A DNA stretch of 32,000 nucleotides. Source: Synechococcus elongatus PCC 6301 (GTDB lineage: Bacteria; Cyanobacteriota; Cyanobacteriia; Synechococcales; Synechococcaceae). Position 1 is the stretch's first letter. The number at the start of each line of letters is the position of its first letter. Below are positions 1 to 8,775 of the stretch, piece by piece. The stretch lies in assembly GCF_000010065.1 (NCBI RefSeq), contig NC_006576.1:1470001-1502000 (forward strand), written 5' to 3'. The notes under the pieces are model-generated. The model did no database searches. It was not told where the DNA came from and saw only the letters and a list, made by a program, of their open reading frames with translations. The position numbers and the translations under genes are program-made.

Positions 1-2
1 TA

Positions 3-131
3 AATCTGCTCATTCTTAGCCTTTTGGTGGAAGGACTGAAGCTGCACTATCTGCCATCGAATTGGGTAGCGATCGCGGTTGTGACGCTCTGGAACTTCTG
101 GCTGAATCGCAAACTGACGTGGGTCGGTTGA
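3..131 (+). CDS. C-terminal end of a GtrA-like membrane protein (5'-truncated by window edge)
   Basis: Frame 3 reads NLLILSLLVEGLKLHYLPSNWVAIAVVTLWNFWLNRKLTWVG*; the hydrophobic segment followed by NFWLNRKLTWVG resembles the end of GtrA-family proteins. Confidence 0.5.
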   Translation, partial: NLLILSLLVEGLKLHYLPSNWVAIAVVTLWNFWLNRKLTWVG

Positions 132-138
132 TGCACGG

Positions 139-696
139 ATGGAATCCACAGGGTTAAGAATTCATTGGCAGCCCCCTTCGGAATCGGCGCAGAGCGAGCA
201 ACTGATCTACGGAATACACCGCACTCTCTTCGGGGACTGTTTGATTGCCAAGACTGCAATCGGTATTTGTCAGCTGGAGCTGTTTGACAGGCTGAGTCCT
301 ACTGAAGCGCGGCAATATGTCCAAGCAACTTGGCCAAAGGCAGATATCGAGGATCAGCCGACTGCAACGATCGCGATCGCCCAGCAACTCTTTTGCCATG
401 CAGCCAAGGATCCAGACCCACTCTGTCTGCATGTACGTAGCACAGTCTTACAACAGCAAGTCTGGCAATCGCTGCTGCAGATTCCTCGGGGAGCCACCAC
501 GACCTATCAAGCCTTAGCAGTCGCGATCGGACGACCCAAGGCTGCCCGTGCAGTTGGCAATGCAGTTGGTAAAAATCCGATCGCCTACCTCATTCCCTGC
601 CATCGCGTCGTTCGACAGTCGGGGGAATTAGGGGGCTGTCGCTGGGGGCGCGATCGCAAACAACAGCTCTTAGCTTGGGAAGCAGAATGCTTCTAA
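139..696 (+). CDS. ogt: Methylated-DNA--protein-cysteine S-methyltransferase
   Basis: Active-site motif PCHRVV with upstream IPRGATTTYQALAVAIGRPKAARAVGNAVGKNP, typical of the Ogt/MGMT fold. Confidence 0.85.
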   Translation: MESTGLRIHWQPPSESAQSEQLIYGIHRTLFGDCLIAKTAIGICQLELFDRLSPTEARQYVQATWPKADIEDQPTATIAIAQQLFCHAAKDPDPLCLHVRSTVLQQQVWQSLLQIPRGATTTYQALAVAIGRPKAARAVGNAVGKNPIAYLIPCHRVVRQSGELGGCRWGRDRKQQLLAWEAECF

Positions 697-2237
697 AAAC
701 CCAAAGCGTCCAGTTGCTGAGTCAGAGGCTTTTCCGTCGCGATCGCTCGCACGAATCCTTGCTCATCTTCACTAAAGTCTTGCCAAGCAGTAAGTTGCTG
801 AGCGAGTAAATCAGCAGTTGCATCTGCGATATCCCCTTGGCGGGCTTGCAGTCGTTGCCGCAACGTTTCTTCCGAAGCTTGGCAATGCAGAATCTGAATC
901 GGAATTTGTTGAGCCTGAGCTGCTGTTAGGGCAGCCCCTCGATAGGCTTGTCGGTCGTATTTCGCATCGAGTATGACGCGATAGCCCGCTTGAGCGAGGC
1001 CCAGTCCTAGGTACAGGAGGCGACCATAAGTGCGATCGCTCATTTCAGGGCTGTAGATCTCAGGCCCGCCCCGTTCCAAGAGCGAGATACCCGCCAAATG
1101 CTTGCGGACAGCGTCCGATCGCAAAATGATGGCTCTCTGCCGTTCCGCGATCGTGCGTCCTAGGGTGGACTTACCCGAGCCCGAAAGACCACTGAGGAGC
1201 AGCAATTCTCCCTGCTGAGCCGGCTGGGCATAGGCATGAGCTAACTGATAGTAAGCAGCCGCTTGATCAAACGCCTGTTGCCGGCGATCGCTGTCAATTG
1301 CTGGATCATCTAACAGAAACGAAGTGACTTTTGCGCGGACATAGGCTTGACGACTCAAATACAGGGGCAAAACCTGTAGCCCTTCCCAATCGCCACTCAT
1401 TTCAGCATAGGCATTGAGAAAAGCTGTGCCTAAATCTTGGCGTCCCCGCGCATCCAAGTCCATGACCAAGAAGGCGATGTCGTACATGGTGTCGACAAAG
1501 CGAAATGGCTCATTGAACTCAATGCAGTCAAAGAGGAAGAGTTGATTGTCCCAACGGCAGAGATTGCCTAAATGCAGATCGCCATGGCATTCCCGGATTT
1601 TGTCAGCAGCCAGCCGCGCTGCAAATAGGTCAGCTTTCGTATCAAAGAAGCGATCGCTAAAGGCTTTGGTTGTGTCAAATTGAGCCTGAGTCTGTGGACC
1701 GCCGATATAGTGCAGAGTCTGCTGATAGTTCTCATCAAATGCTTTGCGGATCTGGGCAACTTGACCGTAGCTGCGGACATGGTCATCAACCCAGGTTTTA
1801 GTATGAAACTCAGCAACGACCGCTGCCAATTGCCGCATCACGCTAGCATCGAGCTGACCAGACTCAAATTGTTCCGAAAATAAGCAGCCCTTGGGAAACT
1901 GCTTCATCTGCAACACATATTCAGCGGCTGGCTCTGTTTCAGCAAACTGATAGCGATCGCCGGCTTGTGAAATTGCCAAGACTTGCTGATAAAGCGGGGC
2001 AGCAGTCCGTTGATTGAGCCGCAGTTCTTCCTGGAGAAAATGCTGGCGCTTTTCGAGTGTTGAATAATCTAAAAAGCCAAAATAAACCGGTTTTTTCAGC
2101 TTGTAAGCATAGGGACCAGTCAGCAGAACGTAGGAGCAGTGCGTTTGATAAAGCTGGACTGGGGCTTCGACCACATGCGGATAAAACTCAGGCTGCAACA
2201 TCTGCTGAATTAAAGGAGGCAGAGCAGCATCCGTCAT
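693..2237 (-). CDS. Bifunctional aminoglycoside-phosphotransferase-like domain plus P-loop ATPase/kinase
   Basis: N-terminal half has CHGDLHLGNLCRW...LFDCIEFNEPFR (APH-like catalytic loop); C-terminal half has Walker A GLSGSGKSTLG. Confidence 0.8.
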   Translation of the reverse strand: MTDAALPPLIQQMLQPEFYPHVVEAPVQLYQTHCSYVLLTGPYAYKLKKPVYFGFLDYSTLEKRQHFLQEELRLNQRTAAPLYQQVLAISQAGDRYQFAETEPAAEYVLQMKQFPKGCLFSEQFESGQLDASVMRQLAAVVAEFHTKTWVDDHVRSYGQVAQIRKAFDENYQQTLHYIGGPQTQAQFDTTKAFSDRFFDTKADLFAARLAADKIRECHGDLHLGNLCRWDNQLFLFDCIEFNEPFRFVDTMYDIAFLVMDLDARGRQDLGTAFLNAYAEMSGDWEGLQVLPLYLSRQAYVRAKVTSFLLDDPAIDSDRRQQAFDQAAAYYQLAHAYAQPAQQGELLLLSGLSGSGKSTLGRTIAERQRAIILRSDAVRKHLAGISLLERGGPEIYSPEMSDRTYGRLLYLGLGLAQAGYRVILDAKYDRQAYRGAALTAAQAQQIPIQILHCQASEETLRQRLQARQGDIADATADLLAQQLTAWQDFSEDEQGFVRAIATEKPLTQQLDALGF

Positions 2238-2391
2238 GGTTTTGGCCTAGAGCAACAGTTCTACCGTGGCACGATCGTCAAAGCTTGAGCAAGCGCGATC
2301 GCCGGAATCCCAGCGCTAGGATGCAACTATCGGGATTCAGTTGCGGGAACCCTCAGCACTGTCTCACCCCCTGCTTGGGGAGAGGTCGATC

Positions 2392-2724
2392 ATGAAACAC
2401 GCAACAGCGCCTAACAGTGACCAACAAATTTATCAGTTGTCATTTCTCTGGAACGGGGCCTATTGGACCGATAGCGACGGCATCTCTCACTTTGACCTCC
2501 TGCTCAAGGCAGTGATGCCCACTGATCGCCAGCCCCAAGCTGCCACGATTTGCTTCTCCTCAGAACCGCAGCCCCACAGTGAGCACTCTCTCGATCTGAT
2601 TCGAGTCGATACCTACATCGACACCTATACAGTGCCGGCTTTGCCGGACTTGCCCCTGATCCCCATCACTAGCGATCATCTCCCTAAGCTGCCCGTCTGG
2701 TGGCTAGATTTCCTCTTCGATTGA
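2392..2724 (+). CDS. Hypothetical protein
   Basis: ORF with ATG at 2392 preceded by GGGGAGAGG; the tracked start at 2341 is a TTG. Confidence 0.5.
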   Translation: MKHATAPNSDQQIYQLSFLWNGAYWTDSDGISHFDLLLKAVMPTDRQPQAATICFSSEPQPHSEHSLDLIRVDTYIDTYTVPALPDLPLIPITSDHLPKLPVWWLDFLFD

Positions 2725-3027
2725 GCCTTAGTAGACGCGGATTGAGCGATCGCGAGTCCTTCAGGCGATCGGCATTGAGCAGAGAGGTTAGAACGTTTTT
2801 GCCTTAGCTGATGAGGCGCTAACCGGTGGTCAATACCAGCTAGTTTTACCCGTAGCGATCGCTGCTTCACCGATCAGTCTCATCCGAACTCTTGTTGCGG
2901 GGGTTGGGGGAAGGCAAGTTCTCCATAGTGCGCGCGGTGGGGGTGCGCAATCACCCTTGCGGACAGAGTCCATCCAAAACCCAGTCGTCCTAACCTGCTT
3001 ACAGACCGCTACAGGCAACCCTGCCAA

Positions 3028-3678
3028 CTACGCTGAGGCCGAAGGAGGGGCCGTGGGCAATGCTGTTGGCTGAAAGCAGTAGTACAAGGCATTGTTATCC
3101 ACCACTTCAGGACTTGCTTCAAGGAGGCTAGCTTCCGCTTCCAGAAAAGCTCGGAGATCCGCCGTCGGCCAAGTCACCAAAGCACTGGCTTGGGTCACCC
3201 AATCCACCAAACTGACGCGACCCTGATTCTGTTGAATGAGGTCATGCAGCAGGCGGCGCAGTTGCTGTTGCTGTTCTTGCCGCTGCGGATCAAAAGGAAA
3301 GCGATAGCGGATGTTGCCCAGCTCATCCGAGCTGACTTCCGCATTGAGCAGCAGAGCTTCGGTCTTCAAGAAGGATTTCAACTCCTCCGTGGGCCAAGGC
3401 ACGCGGGCACTGGCACAAGTCACCCACTCAATCACCCCCAAACTTCCCTGGGACTCGCGAATTAAACCATGCAGAAACCGCTGCAAACGTTGCCGTTGGC
3501 GCAGCTGCCGCTGTTTGCGAAAGTTTAGTTCTAGTAAGCTTCCCGCGCTTGTCGCGACCAAACCGCCGCCGCCAAACAGAATGATGCTAGCCTCCTGTTG
3601 TTCGCGGCTATAACCCCATGCTGCGGGATTGGTACTGGCGATCCCGATTCCCAAGACTAAGCTAGGCACTCCACCCAA
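3028..3678 (-). CDS. Hypothetical protein with two tandem homologous ~70-aa units
   Basis: Long ORF; internal repeat RLQRFLHGLIRESQGSLGVIEWVTCASARVPWPTEELKSFLKTEA / QLRRLLHDLIQQNQGRVSLVDWVTQASALVTWPTADLRAFLEAEA. Confidence 0.55.
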   Translation of the reverse strand: MGGVPSLVLGIGIASTNPAAWGYSREQQEASIILFGGGGLVATSAGSLLELNFRKQRQLRQRQRLQRFLHGLIRESQGSLGVIEWVTCASARVPWPTEELKSFLKTEALLLNAEVSSDELGNIRYRFPFDPQRQEQQQQLRRLLHDLIQQNQGRVSLVDWVTQASALVTWPTADLRAFLEAEASLLEASPEVVDNNALYYCFQPTALPTAPPSASA

Positions 3679-3841
3679 AAGGAGGTGACAGCTAGGAGCC
3701 GCTGTAAGTACAGATCCACCATGCGCCGATCCCCGTCTCTTAACGTTGAGTATGGCGCGATGACCCCACTCCTGAGAGCCGCGTTACTGCCTCGGTTTTC
3801 AGCGAGACTAGAGCTAGTTTTGTTTGGCGATCGCCCGATTC

Positions 3842-4165
3842 ATGAGTGAAGAGCAGCAGACCCGACCGGCTGAAACGCCCGCTGGCAATCCACCACCAAC
3901 GCCACTGAGCTGTTGGAGTGGTTCGGCAGTATCAGGGGCGATCGCGGTAGGCGCCTACTTCCTGACGGTGTCGATCGCCAGTAGTTTTGCCGCCAAGCCT
4001 CTGCCGACCGGCAACGCCTTTGCCCAAAACATTGCGGTCGCGGTACGAACGCTCATCGTCGGCATGGGTGCACTGGCGACTGGCATTTTTGGAATTGTGG
4101 CGTTGGGCTTGCTCCTACTTGGTATTCAAGTCGGGCTGCAAGGTTTACGCAAAGCCCAAAGCTAG
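3842..4165 (+). CDS. DUF3082-like two-TM cyanobacterial membrane protein
   Basis: ORF with two hydrophobic stretches (SGAIAVGAYFLTVSIASSF, LIVGMGALATGIFGIVALGLLLLGIQVG); ATG at 3842 preferred over TTG at 3824. Confidence 0.6.
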   Translation: MSEEQQTRPAETPAGNPPPTPLSCWSGSAVSGAIAVGAYFLTVSIASSFAAKPLPTGNAFAQNIAVAVRTLIVGMGALATGIFGIVALGLLLLGIQVGLQGLRKAQS

Positions 4166-4638
4166 GCCGTTGTGGTTGAGGCAGCTTGCCGCTGTTGCCA
4201 CCACTGCCAAATCGCTTGGGTGATCAGGTGGCTGAGTAGTCCGAGTGGGCCGGCAAATAAGCAGAGAACCAAGGAGTGACGCACGGGAAGGCCCGGTTTC
4301 TCGGCTGCGGTTTGGGCCACCCATCGCCCCACAAACAGATCCAGCACGACAAAGTGAATCCAACCCGCTGCGGTCACGCCCGGGTCGGCGAAGGCCTGAG
4401 CAATATCAGCTAGCTTGGGGCTGGCTAGGGCAGCGGCAGATTCTGGCGAAACAGCGGTCACCAGCAAGAAGAGATAGGCGATCGCGAGGACTGCGAATGG
4501 GTAGGGCGAGTTGATAATCCGCTGGGTCCAAGTCCAGCGAGGTCGCCCAATCAACAAGAGCCAAAAGGGCAAGACAGCCAAATTGGCACCGTTAAAAAAG
4601 AGTTCAGCCAGCATCGGAGCAGCCCAGGAACGCCACAA
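4162..4638 (-). CDS. ABA4-like family (DUF4281) integral membrane protein
   Basis: GWIHFVVLDLFVGRWV and LCLFAGPLGLLSHLI motifs characteristic of ABA4-like proteins. Confidence 0.7.
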   Translation of the reverse strand: MWRSWAAPMLAELFFNGANLAVLPFWLLLIGRPRWTWTQRIINSPYPFAVLAIAYLFLLVTAVSPESAAALASPKLADIAQAFADPGVTAAGWIHFVVLDLFVGRWVAQTAAEKPGLPVRHSLVLCLFAGPLGLLSHLITQAIWQWWQQRQAASTTTA

Positions 4639-4716
4639 CGTCTCAAATGTAACGATTGGCAGCCAGTCGGCGAGGGGATCGCTAGGCTGAAAGCAAACGA
4701 TGGAAGCGCTTGCACT

Positions 4717-4821
4717 ATGACTGCTTTGACCTACAGCGACCTCGGCCTGCTCATTCTCTTTCTGTCGCCGGGGCTGCTGCTATCAGTGTTAATTCTGGGG
4801 ACTTTTGCCAAGGGCGGCTAG
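4717..4821 (+). CDS. Candidate small single-transmembrane protein (34 aa)
   Basis: Not in the ORF track. ATG at 4717, TAG at 4819-4821, translation MTALTYSDLGLLILFLSPGLLLSVLILGTFAKGG; a short N-terminus, a ~20-residue hydrophobic helix and a K-containing tail. Confidence 0.5.
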   Translation: MTALTYSDLGLLILFLSPGLLLSVLILGTFAKGG

Positions 4822-4898
4822 GACGATCGCTATCCGAGCCTGAAGGCAACCGGCTATCATTCTAAGATTGCGCAGACTTTGCCGCCTTCGAGGAACCC

Positions 4899-5879
4899 AT
4901 GGCCGAAACCTTCATGTTCAACGCCCTACGGGCTGCAATCGATGAAGAAATGGCTCGTGACCCCAATGTTCTTGTCCTCGGAGAGGACGTGGGTCATTAC
5001 GGCGGTTCTTATAAAGTCACCAAAGACCTCTACCAAAAGTACGGCGACTTTCGGTTGCTCGACACGCCGATCGCCGAGAATGGCTTCACAGGGATGGCTG
5101 TCGGTGCAGCCATGACCGGCCTGCGGCCGATTGTGGAAGGCATGAACATGGGCTTCTTGCTCTTGGCCTTCAACCAAGTCGCCAACAACGCGATGCTCCG
5201 CTACACCTCCGGCGGTAACTTCACGATTCCGATCGTCTTCCGCGGTCCTGGTGGCGTCGGTCGCCAACTTGGGGCAGAACACTCGCAACGGTCGGAAGCC
5301 TACTTCCACGCAGTGCCCGGCCTAAAGATTGTGGCCTGTTCGACGCCCTGCAATGCCAAAGGTCTTCTGAAAGCGGCCATCCGCGACAACAACCCCGTGC
5401 TGTTCTTCGAGCACGTGCTGCTTTACAACCTCAAAGAAGACCTGCCCGACGAAGAGTACATCTGCCCGCTCGATAAGGCGGAAATCGTCCGTCCCGGCAA
5501 GGATGTCACAGTCCTCACCTACTCCCGCATGCGCTACCACTGTCTGCAGGCGGTGAAGACACTGGAAAAAGAGGGCTTTGATCCGGAAGTGATCGACTTG
5601 ATTTCGCTCAAGCCCTTCGACTTTGAAGCGATCGAAGCATCGGTGCGCAAAACCCACCGCGTCGTCATCGTTGAAGAATGCATGAAGACAGGCGGTATTG
5701 CAGCGGAGCTGTCGGCAGCCATCATGGAGCGCTGCTTTGATGAACTGGATGCGCCGGTAGTGCGTCTGTCATCACAGGACATCCCCACGCCCTACAACGG
5801 CAAGCTAGAAAACCTGACGATCGTGCAGCCCGAGCAAATTGTGGCTGCTGTCAAAGATCTCTTGTCTGCTAAGGTCTAG
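4899..5879 (+). CDS. pdhB: Pyruvate dehydrogenase E1 component beta subunit
   Basis: [60 protein letters not shown], and [16 protein letters not shown] motifs. Confidence 0.95.
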   Translation: MAETFMFNALRAAIDEEMARDPNVLVLGEDVGHYGGSYKVTKDLYQKYGDFRLLDTPIAENGFTGMAVGAAMTGLRPIVEGMNMGFLLLAFNQVANNAMLRYTSGGNFTIPIVFRGPGGVGRQLGAEHSQRSEAYFHAVPGLKIVACSTPCNAKGLLKAAIRDNNPVLFFEHVLLYNLKEDLPDEEYICPLDKAEIVRPGKDVTVLTYSRMRYHCLQAVKTLEKEGFDPEVIDLISLKPFDFEAIEASVRKTHRVVIVEECMKTGGIAAELSAAIMERCFDELDAPVVRLSSQDIPTPYNGKLENLTIVQPEQIVAAVKDLLSAKV

Positions 5880-5915
5880 GCTAGCGATCGCCGATCTGCC
5901 GTATTCAGAAACATC

Positions 5916-7310
5916 ATGGGAAAACAGCAGAGTCCGCTGATCTTAATTCTGGCCTTGGTAGCCGCTGCCATCTTTGTCTTGGTGCAGCTCCCGATTCGCC
6001 TCGGTCTCGATCTCCAAGGGGGCTCGCAGTTAACCATTCTGGTTAAGCCCACAGCCGAAATCCCCTCAGTGGGCGATCGCGAGCTTGAAGCCGTTCAGCG
6101 CGTGATCGAAAATCGGGTCAACGGGCTGGGTGTGTCGGAAGCGGTGATCCAAACCGCTGGCAGCGACAAGATCTTGGTTCAACTGCCGGGCGTCAGCAAT
6201 CCCGAACAAGCAGAACGGGTGCTTGGCGGAACGGCTCAGCTGGAATTCCGGGAGCAAAATCCGGGAACCGAAGCGCAGGTGACACCGCTGCAGCAGCTCG
6301 TCTCCCAAGCGCGAGGCGCCCTAGAGATCGAGCGACGCAATGGCGATCCGACCAAGGTTGCGGAGCTGGAGCAAACCCTTGAGCGATCGCAGGTAGAACT
6401 TGCCAAGTTTTTTGGCCCTGCCCAAATCACTGGCAAATCCCTGAAGGATGCCCTCGCTCAGCCCACTCAGACGGGGAATACCTGGGAAGTGGCCCTACGC
6501 TTCGATACCGAGGGCGGTGACCAGTTTGCAGCGCTGACCAAAAATTTGGCGGGCACCGGTCGCAGCATCGGCATTTTCTTGGATGGTGTCTTGATCAGTG
6601 CGCCAGTGGTTGGGCCAGAGTTTGCCCAAACTGGGATCACCGGAGGCAGCGCCGTCATTACTGGCCGCTTTACGACCGAGCAGGCAGAGGATCTGGCAAT
6701 TCAGTTACGGGGCGGCGCACTGCCCCTGCCGGTTGAAATCGTCGAAAACCGCACCGTCGGTGCCACCCTCGGTCGAGACAGCATCCAACGCAGCATCTAC
6801 GCCGGCATTGGCGGCTTGCTCCTCGTCCTCATTTTCATGGTGGCCTACTACCAGCTACCGGGCTTGATTGCCGATATCTCTTTGGCGATCTACGCTCTGC
6901 TATCGCTGGCGGCCTTTGATCTGCTGGGCGTGACCTTAACCCTACCGGGCATTGCGGGTTTCCTGCTAAGCATCGGCATGGCCGTGGACGCCAACGTCTT
7001 AATCTTTGAGCGGACTCGCGAGGAGTTGCGGGCCGGTAAGTCGCTCTATCGCTCTGTGGAATCCGGCTTCTATCGAGCCTTTAGCAGCATCTTGGACAGT
7101 AATGTCACGACGCTGATCGCCTGTGGTGCACTGTTTTGGCTGAGCAGCGGCTTGGTCAAGGGCTTTGCACTGACACTAGCGATCGGGGTGATGGTCAGCA
7201 TGTTCACGGCGATTACCTGTAGCCGGACGCTGATGTTCCTAGCGATCGCCTATCCAGCCCTGCGCAAGCCGCAACTGTTCGACCGCCGTCTGTCTGCAAC
7301 CAAATCCTGA
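5916..7310 (+). CDS. secD: Protein translocase subunit SecD
   Basis: GLDLQGGSQLTILVKP, ALRGGALPLPVEIVENRTVGATLG, GMAVDANVLIFERTREE. Confidence 0.95.
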   Translation: MGKQQSPLILILALVAAAIFVLVQLPIRLGLDLQGGSQLTILVKPTAEIPSVGDRELEAVQRVIENRVNGLGVSEAVIQTAGSDKILVQLPGVSNPEQAERVLGGTAQLEFREQNPGTEAQVTPLQQLVSQARGALEIERRNGDPTKVAELEQTLERSQVELAKFFGPAQITGKSLKDALAQPTQTGNTWEVALRFDTEGGDQFAALTKNLAGTGRSIGIFLDGVLISAPVVGPEFAQTGITGGSAVITGRFTTEQAEDLAIQLRGGALPLPVEIVENRTVGATLGRDSIQRSIYAGIGGLLLVLIFMVAYYQLPGLIADISLAIYALLSLAAFDLLGVTLTLPGIAGFLLSIGMAVDANVLIFERTREELRAGKSLYRSVESGFYRAFSSILDSNVTTLIACGALFWLSSGLVKGFALTLAIGVMVSMFTAITCSRTLMFLAIAYPALRKPQLFDRRLSATKS

Positions 7311-7319
7311 GGGTGAACC

Positions 7320-8264
7320 ATGACGTTACAACTCACGGCTCAGCGTCGGCGTTGGTGGTGGATTTCCGCCATTCTGGTCATCGTCAGCATTGCGGGCATG
7401 GCAACCTCGTGGCTGCAGTTTGGCGGTCCCGTGCGCCCCGGCTTGGATTTTGTCGGGGGTACTCGTCTGCAGCTCGAGCGCGACTGTACAAAAGCGCAAT
7501 GCGATCGCCGGCTCGAAGCAGGAGCGATTCGGGAGGTTCTGACGTCGGCAGGACTGGAGCGCAGCAACGTGCAAGTCATCGGCCAAGAACAACAGGGCTT
7601 TGTGATCAGCACGGGGGACTTGAGCCCTGAGGCGCGGACTCAGCTCCAGAACAAACTAAGTGAGCAGTTTGGCCCCTTTGACCCCCAGCAGACCCAAATC
7701 GACACAGTTGGCCCAGTCCTGGGTCAGCAGCTCCTCAGCTCAGGCCTTTTAGCACTGCTGGTATCCTTCGCCGGCATCTTGGTCTACCTGAACTTCCGGT
7801 TTCAGCGCGACTATGCTCTGCTAGCCATTCTGGCGCTCTTCCACGACGTGTTTATCACGGCTGGGGTATTCGCTTGGTTGGGTATCCTCGCTGGCTATGA
7901 AGCGGACAGTTTGTTCATTGTTGCTTTGCTGACAATTACCGGCTTCTCGGTCAACGACACGGTGGTCATCTACGATCGCATCCGCGAAACGAATAGCCTT
8001 TTCCCAGAAGACGACATCGACGAAATCGTCGATCTCTCGGTCAACCAAACCCTAGGGCGATCAATCAATACAACCCTAACTACCCTGTTACCCCTCATCT
8101 CGATCTATATCTTTGGCGGAGCGACACTCCAGAACTTTGCCCTTGCCTTGATCGTCGGGTTTGTTTTAGGAGCCTATTCGAGCATTTTCATCGCCAGTAC
8201 CCTGCTAGGTTGGTGGCGTAAACGCACGCCCCAATCGCCGCAACCCATCAATGCTGAAACCTAA
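7320..8264 (+). CDS. secF: Protein translocase subunit SecF
   Basis: [48 protein letters not shown]. Confidence 0.95.
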   Translation: MTLQLTAQRRRWWWISAILVIVSIAGMATSWLQFGGPVRPGLDFVGGTRLQLERDCTKAQCDRRLEAGAIREVLTSAGLERSNVQVIGQEQQGFVISTGDLSPEARTQLQNKLSEQFGPFDPQQTQIDTVGPVLGQQLLSSGLLALLVSFAGILVYLNFRFQRDYALLAILALFHDVFITAGVFAWLGILAGYEADSLFIVALLTITGFSVNDTVVIYDRIRETNSLFPEDDIDEIVDLSVNQTLGRSINTTLTTLLPLISIYIFGGATLQNFALALIVGFVLGAYSSIFIASTLLGWWRKRTPQSPQPINAET

Positions 8265-8649
8265 GACAGACACTTCGTCTTCAGCACTTCGCAATCGCCA
8301 GATCCAGTTTCTGAGGGTTTGGCGGCGGCGTCGCCAACAGCCCAGAATTTGGCTAGCTAGCCTAGGATTGCTTTGGAGCCTCTGGGATCTAAGGGCTGAA
8401 TGGCTGCTGATGGCGGAGCAATTTACCTGGGCAGCACTACGCTATGCCATGCTCTACCATCTGTTGACTTGGCTAGTGCTGATCGTCTGTCTGACCAGTT
8501 TGCTAGGCATTCTGGTCGATCGCTGTTGGCCCCAACGCCGCGATCGCCGTCTCCAGCGTCAGCTCGATCGCATTTTGGCGGTGGGTGCCCGCCATCCTCT
8601 CTGGCAGCGACTGCACAGCCTCGGTAGCGAGGGGAGTAGCGCTTCCTAA
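8251..8649 (+). CDS. Hypothetical membrane protein overlapping the 3' end of secF by 14 nt
   Basis: 132-aa ORF with ATG at 8251 and two hydrophobic segments; co-directional with secDF. Confidence 0.55.
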   Translation: MLKPKTDTSSSALRNRQIQFLRVWRRRRQQPRIWLASLGLLWSLWDLRAEWLLMAEQFTWAALRYAMLYHLLTWLVLIVCLTSLLGILVDRCWPQRRDRRLQRQLDRILAVGARHPLWQRLHSLGSEGSSAS

Positions 8650-8721
8650 ACTGACGGCCTTGCAGTCAGGCTGGGCCAGGATCGTGTTCGGGCGCATCAT
8701 TGCATGACATCCCCAAGCAAA

Positions 8722-8750
8722 AGACCCACCAAAACTGGTTCGGTGGGTCT
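8722..8750 (-). terminator. Candidate hairpin terminator downstream of ilvB
   Basis: Perfect 9-bp arms AGACCCACC (8722-8730) / GGTGGGTCT (8742-8750) with an 11-nt loop; on the minus strand it is followed by TTTGCTT, only a weak U-tract. Confidence 0.5.
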
Positions 8751-8775
8751 CCTGAAGACTGCCTAAAAAGCAGCT

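Noticed and set aside
47-259. Minus-strand ORF overlapping the ogt start
   Set aside because: Antisense to the GtrA-like and ogt coding frames, low-complexity Arg/Ser composition; typical shadow ORF.
4926-5309. 127-aa minus-strand ORF inside pdhB
   Set aside because: Fully antisense to highly conserved pdhB; explained by codon bias of the opposite strand. The same reasoning applies to the ORFs at 5322-5657, 6066-6308, 7821-8048 and others.
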